A stretch of 64,000 nt of DNA from Candidatus Saelkia tenebricola. GTDB lineage: Bacteria > Omnitrophota > Gorgyraeia > Kaelpiales > Kaelpiaceae. The notes below the pieces were generated by a model, which had not been told where the DNA came from, did no database searches, and saw only the letters and a list, made by a program, of their open reading frames with translations. The translations under genes and the position numbers were made by a program. Positions 48,897 to 58,653 of the stretch are shown in pieces. The first letter of the stretch is position 1; each line of letters begins with the position of its first letter. The stretch spans positions 27,152-91,151 of the forward strand of contig JAVCDA010000082.1 of assembly GCA_030765145.1 (NCBI GenBank), written 5' to 3'.

Positions 48897-49919
48897 TTAT
48901 AAAAATTTATAAATTTTACTTCCCAGCTTGATGCTTTTCTGCATACACCCGGAACAATTTTGAATTTGCCTACAATGTTTTTCCATTCCTTTGCTGAACC
49001 AAATATCTTTAAAGGTTTCTTCAAGCAGATTTGAAATCTTTTGCTGCCTCAAACCACAGGTTACAAGATCTCCATTGGGTAAAATATACATCAAGTCTCT
49101 CAGTTCTCCGCAGTCAAATTGAATTCTATCAGCTGATTCATGTTTCAAAAATGTTTTATTCAAAAAATTGCTCACAAATGATTCTACGGGTTTTCTTCTG
49201 GGTTTCTGGAGATACATGAATCTTTTATACTTTTTTAAAACATTATCCTCAATGGCCATGACGTTTCTGCGGGAACTAAAATCTGCATTTTCCAAAAAAG
49301 GTTTAATAGGATACCCCATGATTAAACCTATATTGTGCTTTATACAAATCCCAAATATTTCCTCTAAGAATGGCATTGTCTCATCTCGTAAGCCATAATT
49401 TATACCCAGATGAAAAGAACGTTTTTTTTTCAAATCTATCAAAGCCAAAATTGTCTCTTGAACTTTTTCATAACACCCATCAACACCTCTAATTTTATCG
49501 TGAATATCGTTCATTCCATCAAGAGAAATCCTTAAGCTTAATCCAGGAAAATGAACCTGTTTTACAGTTTCGATTATTCTTTCTGTATATGTACCATTGG
49601 TTGTTATCTGAATAATGTAAGGATTAATCTTGCTTCTAATTTCAGTAATTATACCCACAATATCATCTCTGATAAACGGTTCTCCTCCTGTGATTTTAAT
49701 TACATCTAAAAAATTAAGTTGATCTATAATTCTAAGAAGAGAAGCTGTATCTAATTCAGACGTTTCATCTTTTTGCCAGTTATTGCATTCTCTACATCGC
49801 AAATTACACCGCCAAGTAATAAAAAAGTGAGCAAAACGTGGATAAGTTCGAATTCTCAATAAATTAGAAAAATTATTTTTTAAAATATTAGAATATGCCT
49901 TAAACCTAGTGCTTTTCAT
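48897..49919 (-). CDS. radical SAM/SPASM enzyme
   Basis: CNLRCREC, TGGEPF, C..PNGDLVTC..CSGC. Confidence 0.88.
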   Translation of the reverse strand: MKSTRFKAYSNILKNNFSNLLRIRTYPRFAHFFITWRCNLRCRECNNWQKDETSELDTASLLRIIDQLNFLDVIKITGGEPFIRDDIVGIITEIRSKINPYIIQITTNGTYTERIIETVKQVHFPGLSLRISLDGMNDIHDKIRGVDGCYEKVQETILALIDLKKKRSFHLGINYGLRDETMPFLEEIFGICIKHNIGLIMGYPIKPFLENADFSSRRNVMAIEDNVLKKYKRFMYLQKPRRKPVESFVSNFLNKTFLKHESADRIQFDCGELRDLMYILPNGDLVTCGLRQQKISNLLEETFKDIWFSKGMEKHCRQIQNCSGCMQKSIKLGSKIYKFL

Positions 49920-50736
49920 TATATTCCAAATAAGTCTTATTACATGCCATCAATTTTTCTTTAGCAGATTCCAGAGGAATAGAACTGTTTTCAAAATAAT
50001 CGTTAATTATTTTATTCATTATCGGAATTTTCATTTTTATAAAATCAAACACTTTTTCATTATCATAAATTGGATGAATACCAAAAAACACATCCTTCCA
50101 ATGTTGCAGAAATCCTGGAATACATACTGGTTGCACTCCAAGAGTCCCTTTGCCGACTACTAATCCTGGCCATATCCCCCATTGCCTAAGCTGTTCCTTT
50201 TCATCCGGTTTTAAAATATTAAGATCGAGCAAGGGGGTAGAAAACATGATGCCAAAAGATGCATAAAATTCTCTCATCGCATTGACTGTAACAGGAATTG
50301 ACATTACAGCAAACTCATGCCCCCCTACTGAACTACAGAGAAAACATTTTGGAATAGAATGAATCAAATTATAGATAATCATATGAGTATGTACCGAAAG
50401 AATGCATCCTAAACACCAGATAAAGTTACTCCGATATCTTTTATAATCCTCCTCTAGAGAACTTACCAAAATTTGATTAAAAGTGTCTTTGATATTAATA
50501 AATTGATGATAAACTCTTTTCTCCCCTAACAACATTTCTATGTCTCGAATATGCCTGTTGCGAAACCCAGGGAAAAGATTGCCGTAACCGTGATCAGCTG
50601 TGACAAGATGGACATCTCTTTTATATTCTAATCCTAAATAACATGCAACAAATGTAGAGTCAATTCCGCCAGAAAAACAGACAGAAAAATCACTCTCTTT
50701 TTGATAGAAATTAGAACCTTGGGTTGGTATTAACAT
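49906..50736 (-). CDS. adenine-nucleotide alpha-hydrolase (PP-loop) enzyme with CxxC, function unknown
   Basis: FSGGIDST, HLVTAD, WCLGC. Confidence 0.7.
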   Translation of the reverse strand: MLIPTQGSNFYQKESDFSVCFSGGIDSTFVACYLGLEYKRDVHLVTADHGYGNLFPGFRNRHIRDIEMLLGEKRVYHQFINIKDTFNQILVSSLEEDYKRYRSNFIWCLGCILSVHTHMIIYNLIHSIPKCFLCSSVGGHEFAVMSIPVTVNAMREFYASFGIMFSTPLLDLNILKPDEKEQLRQWGIWPGLVVGKGTLGVQPVCIPGFLQHWKDVFFGIHPIYDNEKVFDFIKMKIPIMNKIINDYFENSSIPLESAKEKLMACNKTYLEYNEKH

Positions 50737-50767
50737 TTTGTGTCAGATTCTTAACATCTGAGGCTTG

Positions 50768-50776
50768 ATTTTATCA
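50768..50776 (-). promoter_or_regulatory. extended -10 promoter at the head of the radical SAM cluster
   Basis: TGATAAAAT on the - strand ~30 bp upstream of the ATG at 50736, followed by a TCAGAT/ATCTGA hairpin (50743-50761). Confidence 0.45.
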
Positions 50777-50904
50777 AAAATAGGCATAAAATTAAACAAT
50801 TTTAGATAGAAACCTGATTTTTAAAAATCGATTTAATAAATGACAAATAAAGAACCATGAATTTAATCTTGATTGACTACTTAATTTCAGGTATTTTAGA
50901 TACT

Positions 50905-52746
50905 ATGAAAAAATACTTGTTTCTGATGCTATTAGTTCTGATTTTCATTATTGGCACAGGCTATTTTATAGCTCAAAGATATCTATTACCTATAGTAATC
51001 TCAAAATTGGAAGAAAATATTACCAAAAATACATTATTTAAAGCTAAAATAGATCAGCCCATATTCAAATTAACAACCGTTATAATTCCACAGATAGAAG
51101 CAGGTTATGACGAAAAATTGTTTTTTATAAAGAATTTGCAATTAAACCCTAGCCTACTCTCAATTGCCCAAAGAGGAATCAGAATCAAAGGTAAAGGAAT
51201 TATCGTTGTAGAAAAAAATGAATTACATTTTGAAATTAAAAATTTTCTATATAAACAAAAAACCAATGAATTGAAACTTCAGATTTATTTTCCTTCAACC
51301 CAAGCAAAATCTTACTTCGATGCCGCTGCCTATATGGGCAACGTTAATTTAAAAAACTTGAAAGATATAACTGGTGAGGCAACATTGCTTTTGGATTTTA
51401 TGAAAATTGCACAACCCGAATTAAAATTAATTCTTACAACTGACAATATTTCCCTGAATTATCAAGGAAACCACATTAATATACCAATTTTGAAAACCAG
51501 CTACCAGAAATTCAATGCCACACAAGAATTACAAATAATGGCTGAGGACTGTTCTTTAAAACTGCCTTATAAAGATGATCATATTTTAGAACAATGCTCA
51601 TTTGTTCTTCAAAGCGATTTTAAAAAAATATCCTTTGATAAATTCAAAGCAAAAACAAATAATTTTATCTGGGAAGGAAATTTAGAAATTTCTGACTTAA
51701 AAAATAACCCCACTGGTTCATTTAACTTAAGATCAGAATTATGTAACGCGCGGGGTAAAATTAACCGAATAAAAAATATCTTCAACTTTGATGCCAATTT
51801 GTCTAAAGAAAAAACCAGCCTTTATCTAAAAGGCAACTATAATTTAGAAAATCAAATGCTTAGTGCATCAGGTACTGGTAATACAGACATTAAAACAGTG
51901 GCTTCTTATTTTAACCCTCCAGAAGAATCTTTATTAAATGCTTTGGATGCTGATTTAAAAATTGAAAATTATAACCTTAGTTACGAAAAAAACAAAAACT
52001 CGCTTTCAGGCCATCTTGATGTTGATATCAACCGATTAACAATAGATCAATACCTCTTCGCAGACAAAGGCACATTAACCGTGGAAATTCAAAATAAAAA
52101 CCTGGAACTAAAAAATCTCTCCTTAATAAGCAACTATGGCAACATTCAAAGCAAAGGGAACCTAATTCTACAAAACAAAAATTCTTTCCAGGCTGAAATA
52201 TATCTTAAAAATTACGAATTTAAAAAACTAACCCAACCTTTCCTGGGAAAAGATATAGGAAATGCCTTGGTCACTGCTAACTGTTCTATCCAAGGCAATC
52301 TTAAAGAACAGGATTCTATTTTAGGAATCTGCAAGTGGGAATTTATAAAAGGCAATGTTGGAAAGTTGAAATTTCTCTCTCAGATTGCACGTTTAATCAA
52401 CAGACCAGAATTAGAAGAGATTTCATTCAATCAAGGCCAAGGCGCAATTACTTTTAAAAACAATACTTTTAATACACCTGACTCAACATTGGTTTCTCCA
52501 CATCTAAATTTGGCTATTGTAGGCTCAATGCATACAAATGGAAACTTAAACATTACATTGACTACAGAATTCCCGCAAAAAGAACCTGCTACAAAGAGCG
52601 ATTCACTATTTGGAAAATTTGAAGAAATATTATCCGCCAGTACAGGAGAATCTTTCTACAAAATTCAAATTACAGGTAACATTGAAAAACCTAAATATAC
52701 GATTGTTCCAAACATAAATAAAATCTTTCAAAAAATACTGCAATAA
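50905..52746 (+). CDS. AsmA-like / DUF3971 beta-taco periplasmic protein
   Basis: single N-terminal TM, beta-rich body, C-terminal ISFNQGQG..G..HTNG.LN..YKIQITGNIEKPKY. Confidence 0.75.
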   Translation: MKKYLFLMLLVLIFIIGTGYFIAQRYLLPIVISKLEENITKNTLFKAKIDQPIFKLTTVIIPQIEAGYDEKLFFIKNLQLNPSLLSIAQRGIRIKGKGIIVVEKNELHFEIKNFLYKQKTNELKLQIYFPSTQAKSYFDAAAYMGNVNLKNLKDITGEATLLLDFMKIAQPELKLILTTDNISLNYQGNHINIPILKTSYQKFNATQELQIMAEDCSLKLPYKDDHILEQCSFVLQSDFKKISFDKFKAKTNNFIWEGNLEISDLKNNPTGSFNLRSELCNARGKINRIKNIFNFDANLSKEKTSLYLKGNYNLENQMLSASGTGNTDIKTVASYFNPPEESLLNALDADLKIENYNLSYEKNKNSLSGHLDVDINRLTIDQYLFADKGTLTVEIQNKNLELKNLSLISNYGNIQSKGNLILQNKNSFQAEIYLKNYEFKKLTQPFLGKDIGNALVTANCSIQGNLKEQDSILGICKWEFIKGNVGKLKFLSQIARLINRPELEEISFNQGQGAITFKNNTFNTPDSTLVSPHLNLAIVGSMHTNGNLNITLTTEFPQKEPATKSDSLFGKFEEILSASTGESFYKIQITGNIEKPKYTIVPNINKIFQKILQ

Positions 52747-52757
52747 AGTTATTCCAA

Positions 52758-53711
52758 CTACTTTTGCTTTTTGATAACAGCGATAAAAAAACCTTCCATT
52801 ACCTCATTTGGAATAATTCGAACAGAATTTTTGATATCTTTAGGAAAAATAACATCATTCCATTTCGTAAGTCCTGTTAATTTGTTTTTAATATTTAAAT
52901 TTATTTTTTCTACATGCGCACTTTGAGGAAATTTCTTCAGAAGATAACTGACTACAAATTCATTCTCTTCCGGCGAGAAAGTGCAGGTTGAGTACAGCAT
53001 CTTCCCACCCGGCTTTAAACACTTAAATGCTGTTGTAATTAAACCTTTCTGTTTTTTAGCCATTCTTTTAATTTTGAGTTGATTCCAATAAAGATATGTC
53101 TTTTTTCGTAAAGTAGTAAATCGGCCTTCGGCTGTACAGGGAGCATCCAATAAGACCTTATCAAATACCTCGAAATAATCCCGCCAAATACCTAATCCAT
53201 CTCTATTATATGCTTCAACATTAGATACACCCTGAAACCTTAAATTTGCCAACAGCTTCTGGTATCTTACTTCATCTTTTTCTATTGCTATAATTTTACC
53301 CTTATTGTCCATCAAAGATGCTAATTGTGTCGTCTTGCTTCCCGGAGCAGCAGTTAAATCTAAAATTAAATCTTTTGATTCCGGTTTTAGAATTAAAGCG
53401 GGAAGCATGCTGGAAAGATTCTGAACATATATTTTTCCATTTTGGTAAAGATCTGTCTTAGCAAAACAATTTAAATCCGGACTAATAAGTGTAAAAGCAT
53501 CAGGACACCATGTGACTTCTCTTACCTTAATGTTATTCTTTCTAAATTCGTAATAGGCCTCGCGTCTTGTAATCTTTATGCGATTAAGCCTGAAAGTTAC
53601 AAACCTTTTTACTGAAAAAGCAGCCCAAACTTGATTAGTAACTTGAGGGGGAAAAATCTTCCTTAGTTTCTCTAAAAACTTCGGCGGCAGTTTATTTAAA
53701 TCTTTTTTCAT
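52758..53711 (-). CDS. RsmB/NOP/RsmF family RNA m5C methyltransferase
   Basis: QNLSSM, LDLTAAPGSKTT, LLDAPCTAEG, YSTCTFSPEENE. Confidence 0.92.
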   Translation of the reverse strand: MKKDLNKLPPKFLEKLRKIFPPQVTNQVWAAFSVKRFVTFRLNRIKITRREAYYEFRKNNIKVREVTWCPDAFTLISPDLNCFAKTDLYQNGKIYVQNLSSMLPALILKPESKDLILDLTAAPGSKTTQLASLMDNKGKIIAIEKDEVRYQKLLANLRFQGVSNVEAYNRDGLGIWRDYFEVFDKVLLDAPCTAEGRFTTLRKKTYLYWNQLKIKRMAKKQKGLITTAFKCLKPGGKMLYSTCTFSPEENEFVVSYLLKKFPQSAHVEKINLNIKNKLTGLTKWNDVIFPKDIKNSVRIIPNEVMEGFFIAVIKKQK

Positions 53712-54319
53712 AGGGAATAGAATTGCTTTTTAGAAATAAACTTATTGCCCTTGATAAAAAATCGCCAGGGATAATCTTTTGCACATTGAGCATAATCAAT
53801 ATTTATCCTGGGAGCTAGAGCTATTTCTTTTGAAGAGACCTTTTCACCTTCTAAAAAATACAGCCGGTTATTTTCAACACTCCTACCATAAAATTCCTTG
53901 TTTAGACCTAAAGCCTGAGCAATTTTTGAAGGACCATTAGCAAGATGTAAGAAATTAAAATTATTCATATTTCTGTTTTTTTTTAATATTTCAACTCCTT
54001 CTAAAGGCTCTGCAGCTCTAATAAAAACCGCTTGGGGAATATTTTTTTTATTTGTAACCACATTAAGACAATAATAGATGCCATAAATACTATAGATATA
54101 AAACACCCCTCCGTTTTCATACATTACTTTATTTCTGTCCGTTAAGCGTCCCCTATAGGAATGAGAAGCATCATCATCTACACCCATATATGCTTCTGTT
54201 TCGACAATTTTTAACACACACTTACCTTCTGAAGTCTCTCTAACCAAATATTTGCCAAGCATATTTCGGGCAACTTTAAGAGCTGATTTTTGAAAAAATT
54301 CCCTCTTTATCTTTTTCAT
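53708..54319 (-). CDS. mpg: DNA-3-methyladenine glycosylase (AAG/MPG type)
   Basis: IVETEAY, DDASHSY, YIYSIYG, AVFIRAAEP, NGPSK, PWRF; start may be 54331. Confidence 0.92.
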   Translation of the reverse strand: MKKIKREFFQKSALKVARNMLGKYLVRETSEGKCVLKIVETEAYMGVDDDASHSYRGRLTDRNKVMYENGGVFYIYSIYGIYYCLNVVTNKKNIPQAVFIRAAEPLEGVEILKKNRNMNNFNFLHLANGPSKIAQALGLNKEFYGRSVENNRLYFLEGEKVSSKEIALAPRINIDYAQCAKDYPWRFFIKGNKFISKKQFYSL

Positions 54320-54373
54320 ATCAGGCTTCATTATAACGTGCAGAGTTTATTAATAAAAGTTATAATGCTAACT

Positions 54374-55471
54374 ATGAACATATTACTCCTAACCAAACAT
54401 TTAAATTTGGGAGGCATTCCCAGATATGTTATAGATCTCGGGGATATTCTCATAAAAAAAGGACATAAAGTCTGGATAGCGAGTTCTGGAGGAACACTTT
54501 TAAAAGAAATTGAAGGAACCAATATCACCCATATCTATATCCCTATAAAAACCAAATCTATTCTAAGTCCTAAAATTATTTTGAGCTGGATGATTTTAAG
54601 GAAAAAACTTAAGACTCACAAAATAGATATTATTCACAGCCATACAAGAGTAACTTCTGTAATCGCTTATTTGCTTTCTAAATCTTTAAATATTAAATAC
54701 CTCACTACAACCCATGGCTTATACAAAAAGAGCGTTTTAAGAAATATTTTCTCTTTCTTAGGATATTGTACTATAGCCATAAGCAGCCAAACTTCTGAAA
54801 GATTAATCACATGGATGGGGTTAAATCCCCGTAAAATTCAAATAATACCTAACGGAATAAATGTTCAAAAGTTCTCTGACTATGATTTAACTAAATCCGA
54901 AGCCAGGCAAAAAATAAACATTCCTCTGGAGAGCTTTGTAATCGGGAATATTTCCCGAATTGAAAAAATAAAAGGACAAGAAATCATAATCAGAGCCGTA
55001 TTCCGTTTAAAAGACAAGATACCAAATTTAAAGCTTCTCTTAGTAGGTGATGGAAAATATAGACATATACTCATTAAGTTGGTTGCTGAGTTAAAATTGA
55101 ACGATAAAGTAATAATTCTACCGGCATCAGAAAATATCAGGCCTGCTCTAAGGGCAATGGATTTATTCTGTTTTACGCCTTATGAAGAACCTTTTGGGCT
55201 TGTTCTTTTAGAAGCAATGGCTATGGAAGTACCCATTATAGCAAGTGATGTCTCAGAGATTCCTGAAATTTTAAACTTTGGCAATTGCGGAGTACTAATC
55301 CAAGCAGGAAATGAAAAAAGTCTTCAGGAAGCAACGGAACAAGTCTATAAAAACAAAATTCCGCTTAAAGATATAACAGGCAAAGCTTTGAAAAGGGTGC
55401 AGGAAAAATACTCCCGGGAAAATATGGTTGATAAAACAATTCAAGTCTATACAGATATTTTAGAAAAATGA
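54374..55471 (+). CDS. GT4 family glycosyltransferase
   Basis: NLGG, DIIHSH, IPNGI, EEPFGLVLLEAMA; start moved to 54374 to avoid overlap with mpg. Confidence 0.9.
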   Translation: MNILLLTKHLNLGGIPRYVIDLGDILIKKGHKVWIASSGGTLLKEIEGTNITHIYIPIKTKSILSPKIILSWMILRKKLKTHKIDIIHSHTRVTSVIAYLLSKSLNIKYLTTTHGLYKKSVLRNIFSFLGYCTIAISSQTSERLITWMGLNPRKIQIIPNGINVQKFSDYDLTKSEARQKINIPLESFVIGNISRIEKIKGQEIIIRAVFRLKDKIPNLKLLLVGDGKYRHILIKLVAELKLNDKVIILPASENIRPALRAMDLFCFTPYEEPFGLVLLEAMAMEVPIIASDVSEIPEILNFGNCGVLIQAGNEKSLQEATEQVYKNKIPLKDITGKALKRVQEKYSRENMVDKTIQVYTDILEK

Positions 55472-56526
55472 AGAAAATAGTTGTAGTCGGGGTAAATTGG
55501 ATAGGAGATGCTTTATTTATTATTCCAGCCTTAAAAGCAATTAAAAATTCATTTCCCGATTCTTATTTAACTGTGGCTTTACCAAAGAGGGCAAGCAGAA
55601 TCCTGAAACATAATCCTATAATAGATGAAATAATAATATTTGATGAAAAAGATTCTCAAAGATCTCTTGTAAAAAAAATAAAATTCATATCGATAATCAG
55701 GAAAAAACATTTTGATAAAGTTATTTTCTTCCACCGCTCTTTTACCAGAACTCTTATTTTCAGCCTGGGAAGAATCCCGGAAAGAGAAGGTTATTGTAGA
55801 GGAAAAACAAAATTATTGCTAACTAAATGCGCCCCTAAATTAAATAAAGACAGCGTACATAAAGCAGAATTTTTCTTAGAACTGGTAAAACAGCTAGGTT
55901 ATTCACCTCTTGAGTTAAGCTACCAATTCTATGTAACACCTGAAGATATCAGCCAAGGAAAAACGATATTAAGTTCATTCAAAATAAACCCTCAAGAAAA
56001 AATCATTTCTCTGCATCCAGGAGCAAACTGGGCACCTAAAAGATGGCCTTTACACCATTATATAAAACTAATTGAATTAATTTTAAATTGGGATAATACA
56101 AAAAGAATTTTAATATTAGGAAGTTTAAAAGATAAGCATTTAGCGTTAAAGATAAAATCTGGTTTTAAAAACTCAAAAAATATTTTTGATTTAACCGGGC
56201 TTACTTCTTTAGGCTCATTAGGCGCGATTTCCCTGTTTTCAGATATCTTTATATCCGGAGATTCAGGACCTCTCCATATTGCCTGCGCCTCTATCCCTCT
56301 ATTTCAAACTGATGAATACACAAACGCTTTCTCAATCGGATTGTACGGAGCAACATCCCAGGAATTAACCGGCCCTTTAAATGGAAATTTCGTTACGTTC
56401 GCTGGGGAAAGAAAAAAATCATGTCAATTACCCTGCCATGATTTTAATTGTACAGATTATACATGCATGAAATCAATAATTCCTGAAAAAATATTTGAAA
56501 TTATAAAAAATAAATTATCCACTTAA
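55468..56526 (+). CDS. waaF: GT9 LPS heptosyltransferase II-like
   Basis: NWIGDA, HPGANWAPKRWP, DSGPLHIA. Confidence 0.82.
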   Translation: MKKIVVVGVNWIGDALFIIPALKAIKNSFPDSYLTVALPKRASRILKHNPIIDEIIIFDEKDSQRSLVKKIKFISIIRKKHFDKVIFFHRSFTRTLIFSLGRIPEREGYCRGKTKLLLTKCAPKLNKDSVHKAEFFLELVKQLGYSPLELSYQFYVTPEDISQGKTILSSFKINPQEKIISLHPGANWAPKRWPLHHYIKLIELILNWDNTKRILILGSLKDKHLALKIKSGFKNSKNIFDLTGLTSLGSLGAISLFSDIFISGDSGPLHIACASIPLFQTDEYTNAFSIGLYGATSQELTGPLNGNFVTFAGERKKSCQLPCHDFNCTDYTCMKSIIPEKIFEIIKNKLST

Positions 56527-58653
56527 AGTATTGATTTTATCTTTCATAATTTCTAAAATTTTATTTAATACTTCTTCTACAGTTATCAATTGCATACATT
56601 CTTTTTGCTTTTTACATTCAGCCCTATAGCAAGGAGCGCAATCTAATTTTTTCCAAATATAATAAACATTTTCCCCTAAAGGTAAATGTCTACCGGGATC
56701 TGTAGGCCCAAAAATAGCCAACACAGGAGTTTTAACTGCTGCGGCAATATGTAACGGCGCACTGTCAGGAGTAAAAAACAAATCACATTTTTTAATCAAT
56801 GCTATCAAATCCGGAATGCCTGTTTTACCGACAGCATTGATAGGTTTATTTTTACATATATTCATAATTCCCCTTGCATCCTCTTCATCTTCTTTAACAC
56901 CAGTGATAAGACATCTGATATTGTATGCGCCAAGCTCATCAATTAATTCTACGATTCTTTTTAATGGCCACCTTTTGGAACTCCACCTGTTAGATGCACC
57001 TACATTTATTCCGACTAAAGCCTGCTTTTTGCTCAACCAATGCGTTTCTAAAAATTCTTCTGACTTTCTGATCTGAGCATCTTCGACCCAAAGCTCCAAC
57101 TCTTTATCTATGCTTCTAATGCCCAGCTTGGATAATAAAACCATTTGATGATCAACCGGACTTAAAACTTCTTGAGACAATCTCTGCCCTTTATTGAGCA
57201 AAACAGAAAACTTACCGTTTAAAAAACCGTATCTTTGATAAATGCCAGACAAATAAGCTATTAATCTGCTGAGTTTATTATGCTGTAAATCTATGGAAAT
57301 TTCAGGCGCAATTTTCCTTATCTGTTTTACACAGCGAACTAATCCTTGATATTTTAAATTGAAACTTGGATAAATTAATAGCTTATCAATATAAGGACAA
57401 TTTTTAAAAACAGGTGCCACATTAGCTGAAGTTAAAAGAAAAATACGAGCTCTCGGAAACTTTTCCCTTATGGCCCGTGTACTCGGAATGGCTAAAACAG
57501 CATCGCCTAAAGCTCCAAACTTGATAATTAAAACTGATAAATCCGAACCCGCTTTTTTATAAGCTTCTATTATACTCTTATTTACTTTATCTAAACTATA
57601 CAACTTCTCTACCCGTTCTCTTGCAGATATTGCCATATCATCGCAAAAAGAAATATTCTTAACCGCCTTAATAAGCGTCTGAGCCAAACATTTTCCATCT
57701 CCAGGAGGCACAAGAAACCCTGTTTTATTATTTTCTATAATCTCCTTATAGCCGCCTAAAGAAGTTGCCACAACCGGAACCCCTGCTGCCTGAGCTTCTA
57801 TAATAACCCTTCCAAAAGATTCTGGAATCCTGGAAGGCTGAACTAATATATTTATTTTTTTCAAAAGATCTGTAATATCATACCTGGTCCCCATAAAATC
57901 CACGGTATTTTCAAGACCGTATCTTTTAACCAATATTTCCAATTCCCTAAAATATTCCTCTTTACCGGGAGAAGGCGAACCTATAATCCAGGCACGAGAA
58001 AACGGCTTAATCTTCAATAGCTCACGGAATGCCTTGATAAATTCAGGATGCCCTTTAATGGGAGAAAGCCTGGCAATAATGGCAACGATAGGATGTTTCC
58101 AATCTTTTTCAGAAGGCAATATAAAATCATACTCGCTGATGTTAACCCCCCTGGGTATAACGTGAATTTTACTCAACGAAACATTGAAATCTTCCATCAT
58201 GTGTTTTGCTATCACTTGACTCGGACAAATTACCAACTTACCTTTTGCCATAATTTTGCTAAAAATATGCTTACTATAATAGCCGTGAGCTGTAGTAATA
58301 AAAGAAGGACTAAATTGTAAAAACTCTGCAATATTAATATCTCTGATGTATTTGCTAAAAGCCAAATATCCTAAAATAGCAGGTACGCGAGAGCGGGCAT
58401 GCAAAATATCGATATGTTCTTTCTTTAAGATCTTCAAAATCTTAGGCACCAGCCTTATTGAAAACAATGATTTCTTGTGCACCGGCAATTTATAATGTTT
58501 AATGCCAAATTCTTGCAATTCTCTTTCCAGCTTTCCGCCGTTAGAAATCACAATTGGATAATGCCCATTAAGCGCTAAATATTTAGACAGCTCAATAGTT
58601 CCCTTTTCAACCCCTCCTAAATTTAGTTCCGGTAAAATTTGTAATATCCTCAT
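56515..58653 (-). CDS. fused GT4 glycosyltransferase + GT9 heptosyltransferase
   Basis: N-terminal ELNLGGVE..ESFGRVIIEAQA; C-terminal GALGDA..KRWP..DSAPLHIA..FGPTDP. Confidence 0.88.
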   Translation of the reverse strand: MRILQILPELNLGGVEKGTIELSKYLALNGHYPIVISNGGKLERELQEFGIKHYKLPVHKKSLFSIRLVPKILKILKKEHIDILHARSRVPAILGYLAFSKYIRDINIAEFLQFSPSFITTAHGYYSKHIFSKIMAKGKLVICPSQVIAKHMMEDFNVSLSKIHVIPRGVNISEYDFILPSEKDWKHPIVAIIARLSPIKGHPEFIKAFRELLKIKPFSRAWIIGSPSPGKEEYFRELEILVKRYGLENTVDFMGTRYDITDLLKKINILVQPSRIPESFGRVIIEAQAAGVPVVATSLGGYKEIIENNKTGFLVPPGDGKCLAQTLIKAVKNISFCDDMAISARERVEKLYSLDKVNKSIIEAYKKAGSDLSVLIIKFGALGDAVLAIPSTRAIREKFPRARIFLLTSANVAPVFKNCPYIDKLLIYPSFNLKYQGLVRCVKQIRKIAPEISIDLQHNKLSRLIAYLSGIYQRYGFLNGKFSVLLNKGQRLSQEVLSPVDHQMVLLSKLGIRSIDKELELWVEDAQIRKSEEFLETHWLSKKQALVGINVGASNRWSSKRWPLKRIVELIDELGAYNIRCLITGVKEDEEDARGIMNICKNKPINAVGKTGIPDLIALIKKCDLFFTPDSAPLHIAAAVKTPVLAIFGPTDPGRHLPLGENVYYIWKKLDCAPCYRAECKKQKECMQLITVEEVLNKILEIMKDKINTLSG

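Noticed and set aside
13537-50736. RiPP cluster interpretation (SPASM + B12 radical SAM + AsnB)
   Set aside because: No convincing precursor peptide, PqqD/RRE domain, peptidase or ABC exporter. GT-C and sugar-type enzymes dominate.
13537-50736. Hopanoid or ladderane cluster
   Set aside because: No squalene synthase or cyclase and no FAS/ACP genes in the window.
13406-50850. Cluster as an island integrated at tRNA-Glu
   Set aside because: The cluster lies on the 5' side of the tRNA, no duplicated tRNA 3' end was seen at the far border, and there is no adjacent integrase. Horizontal origin remains possible but unsupported.
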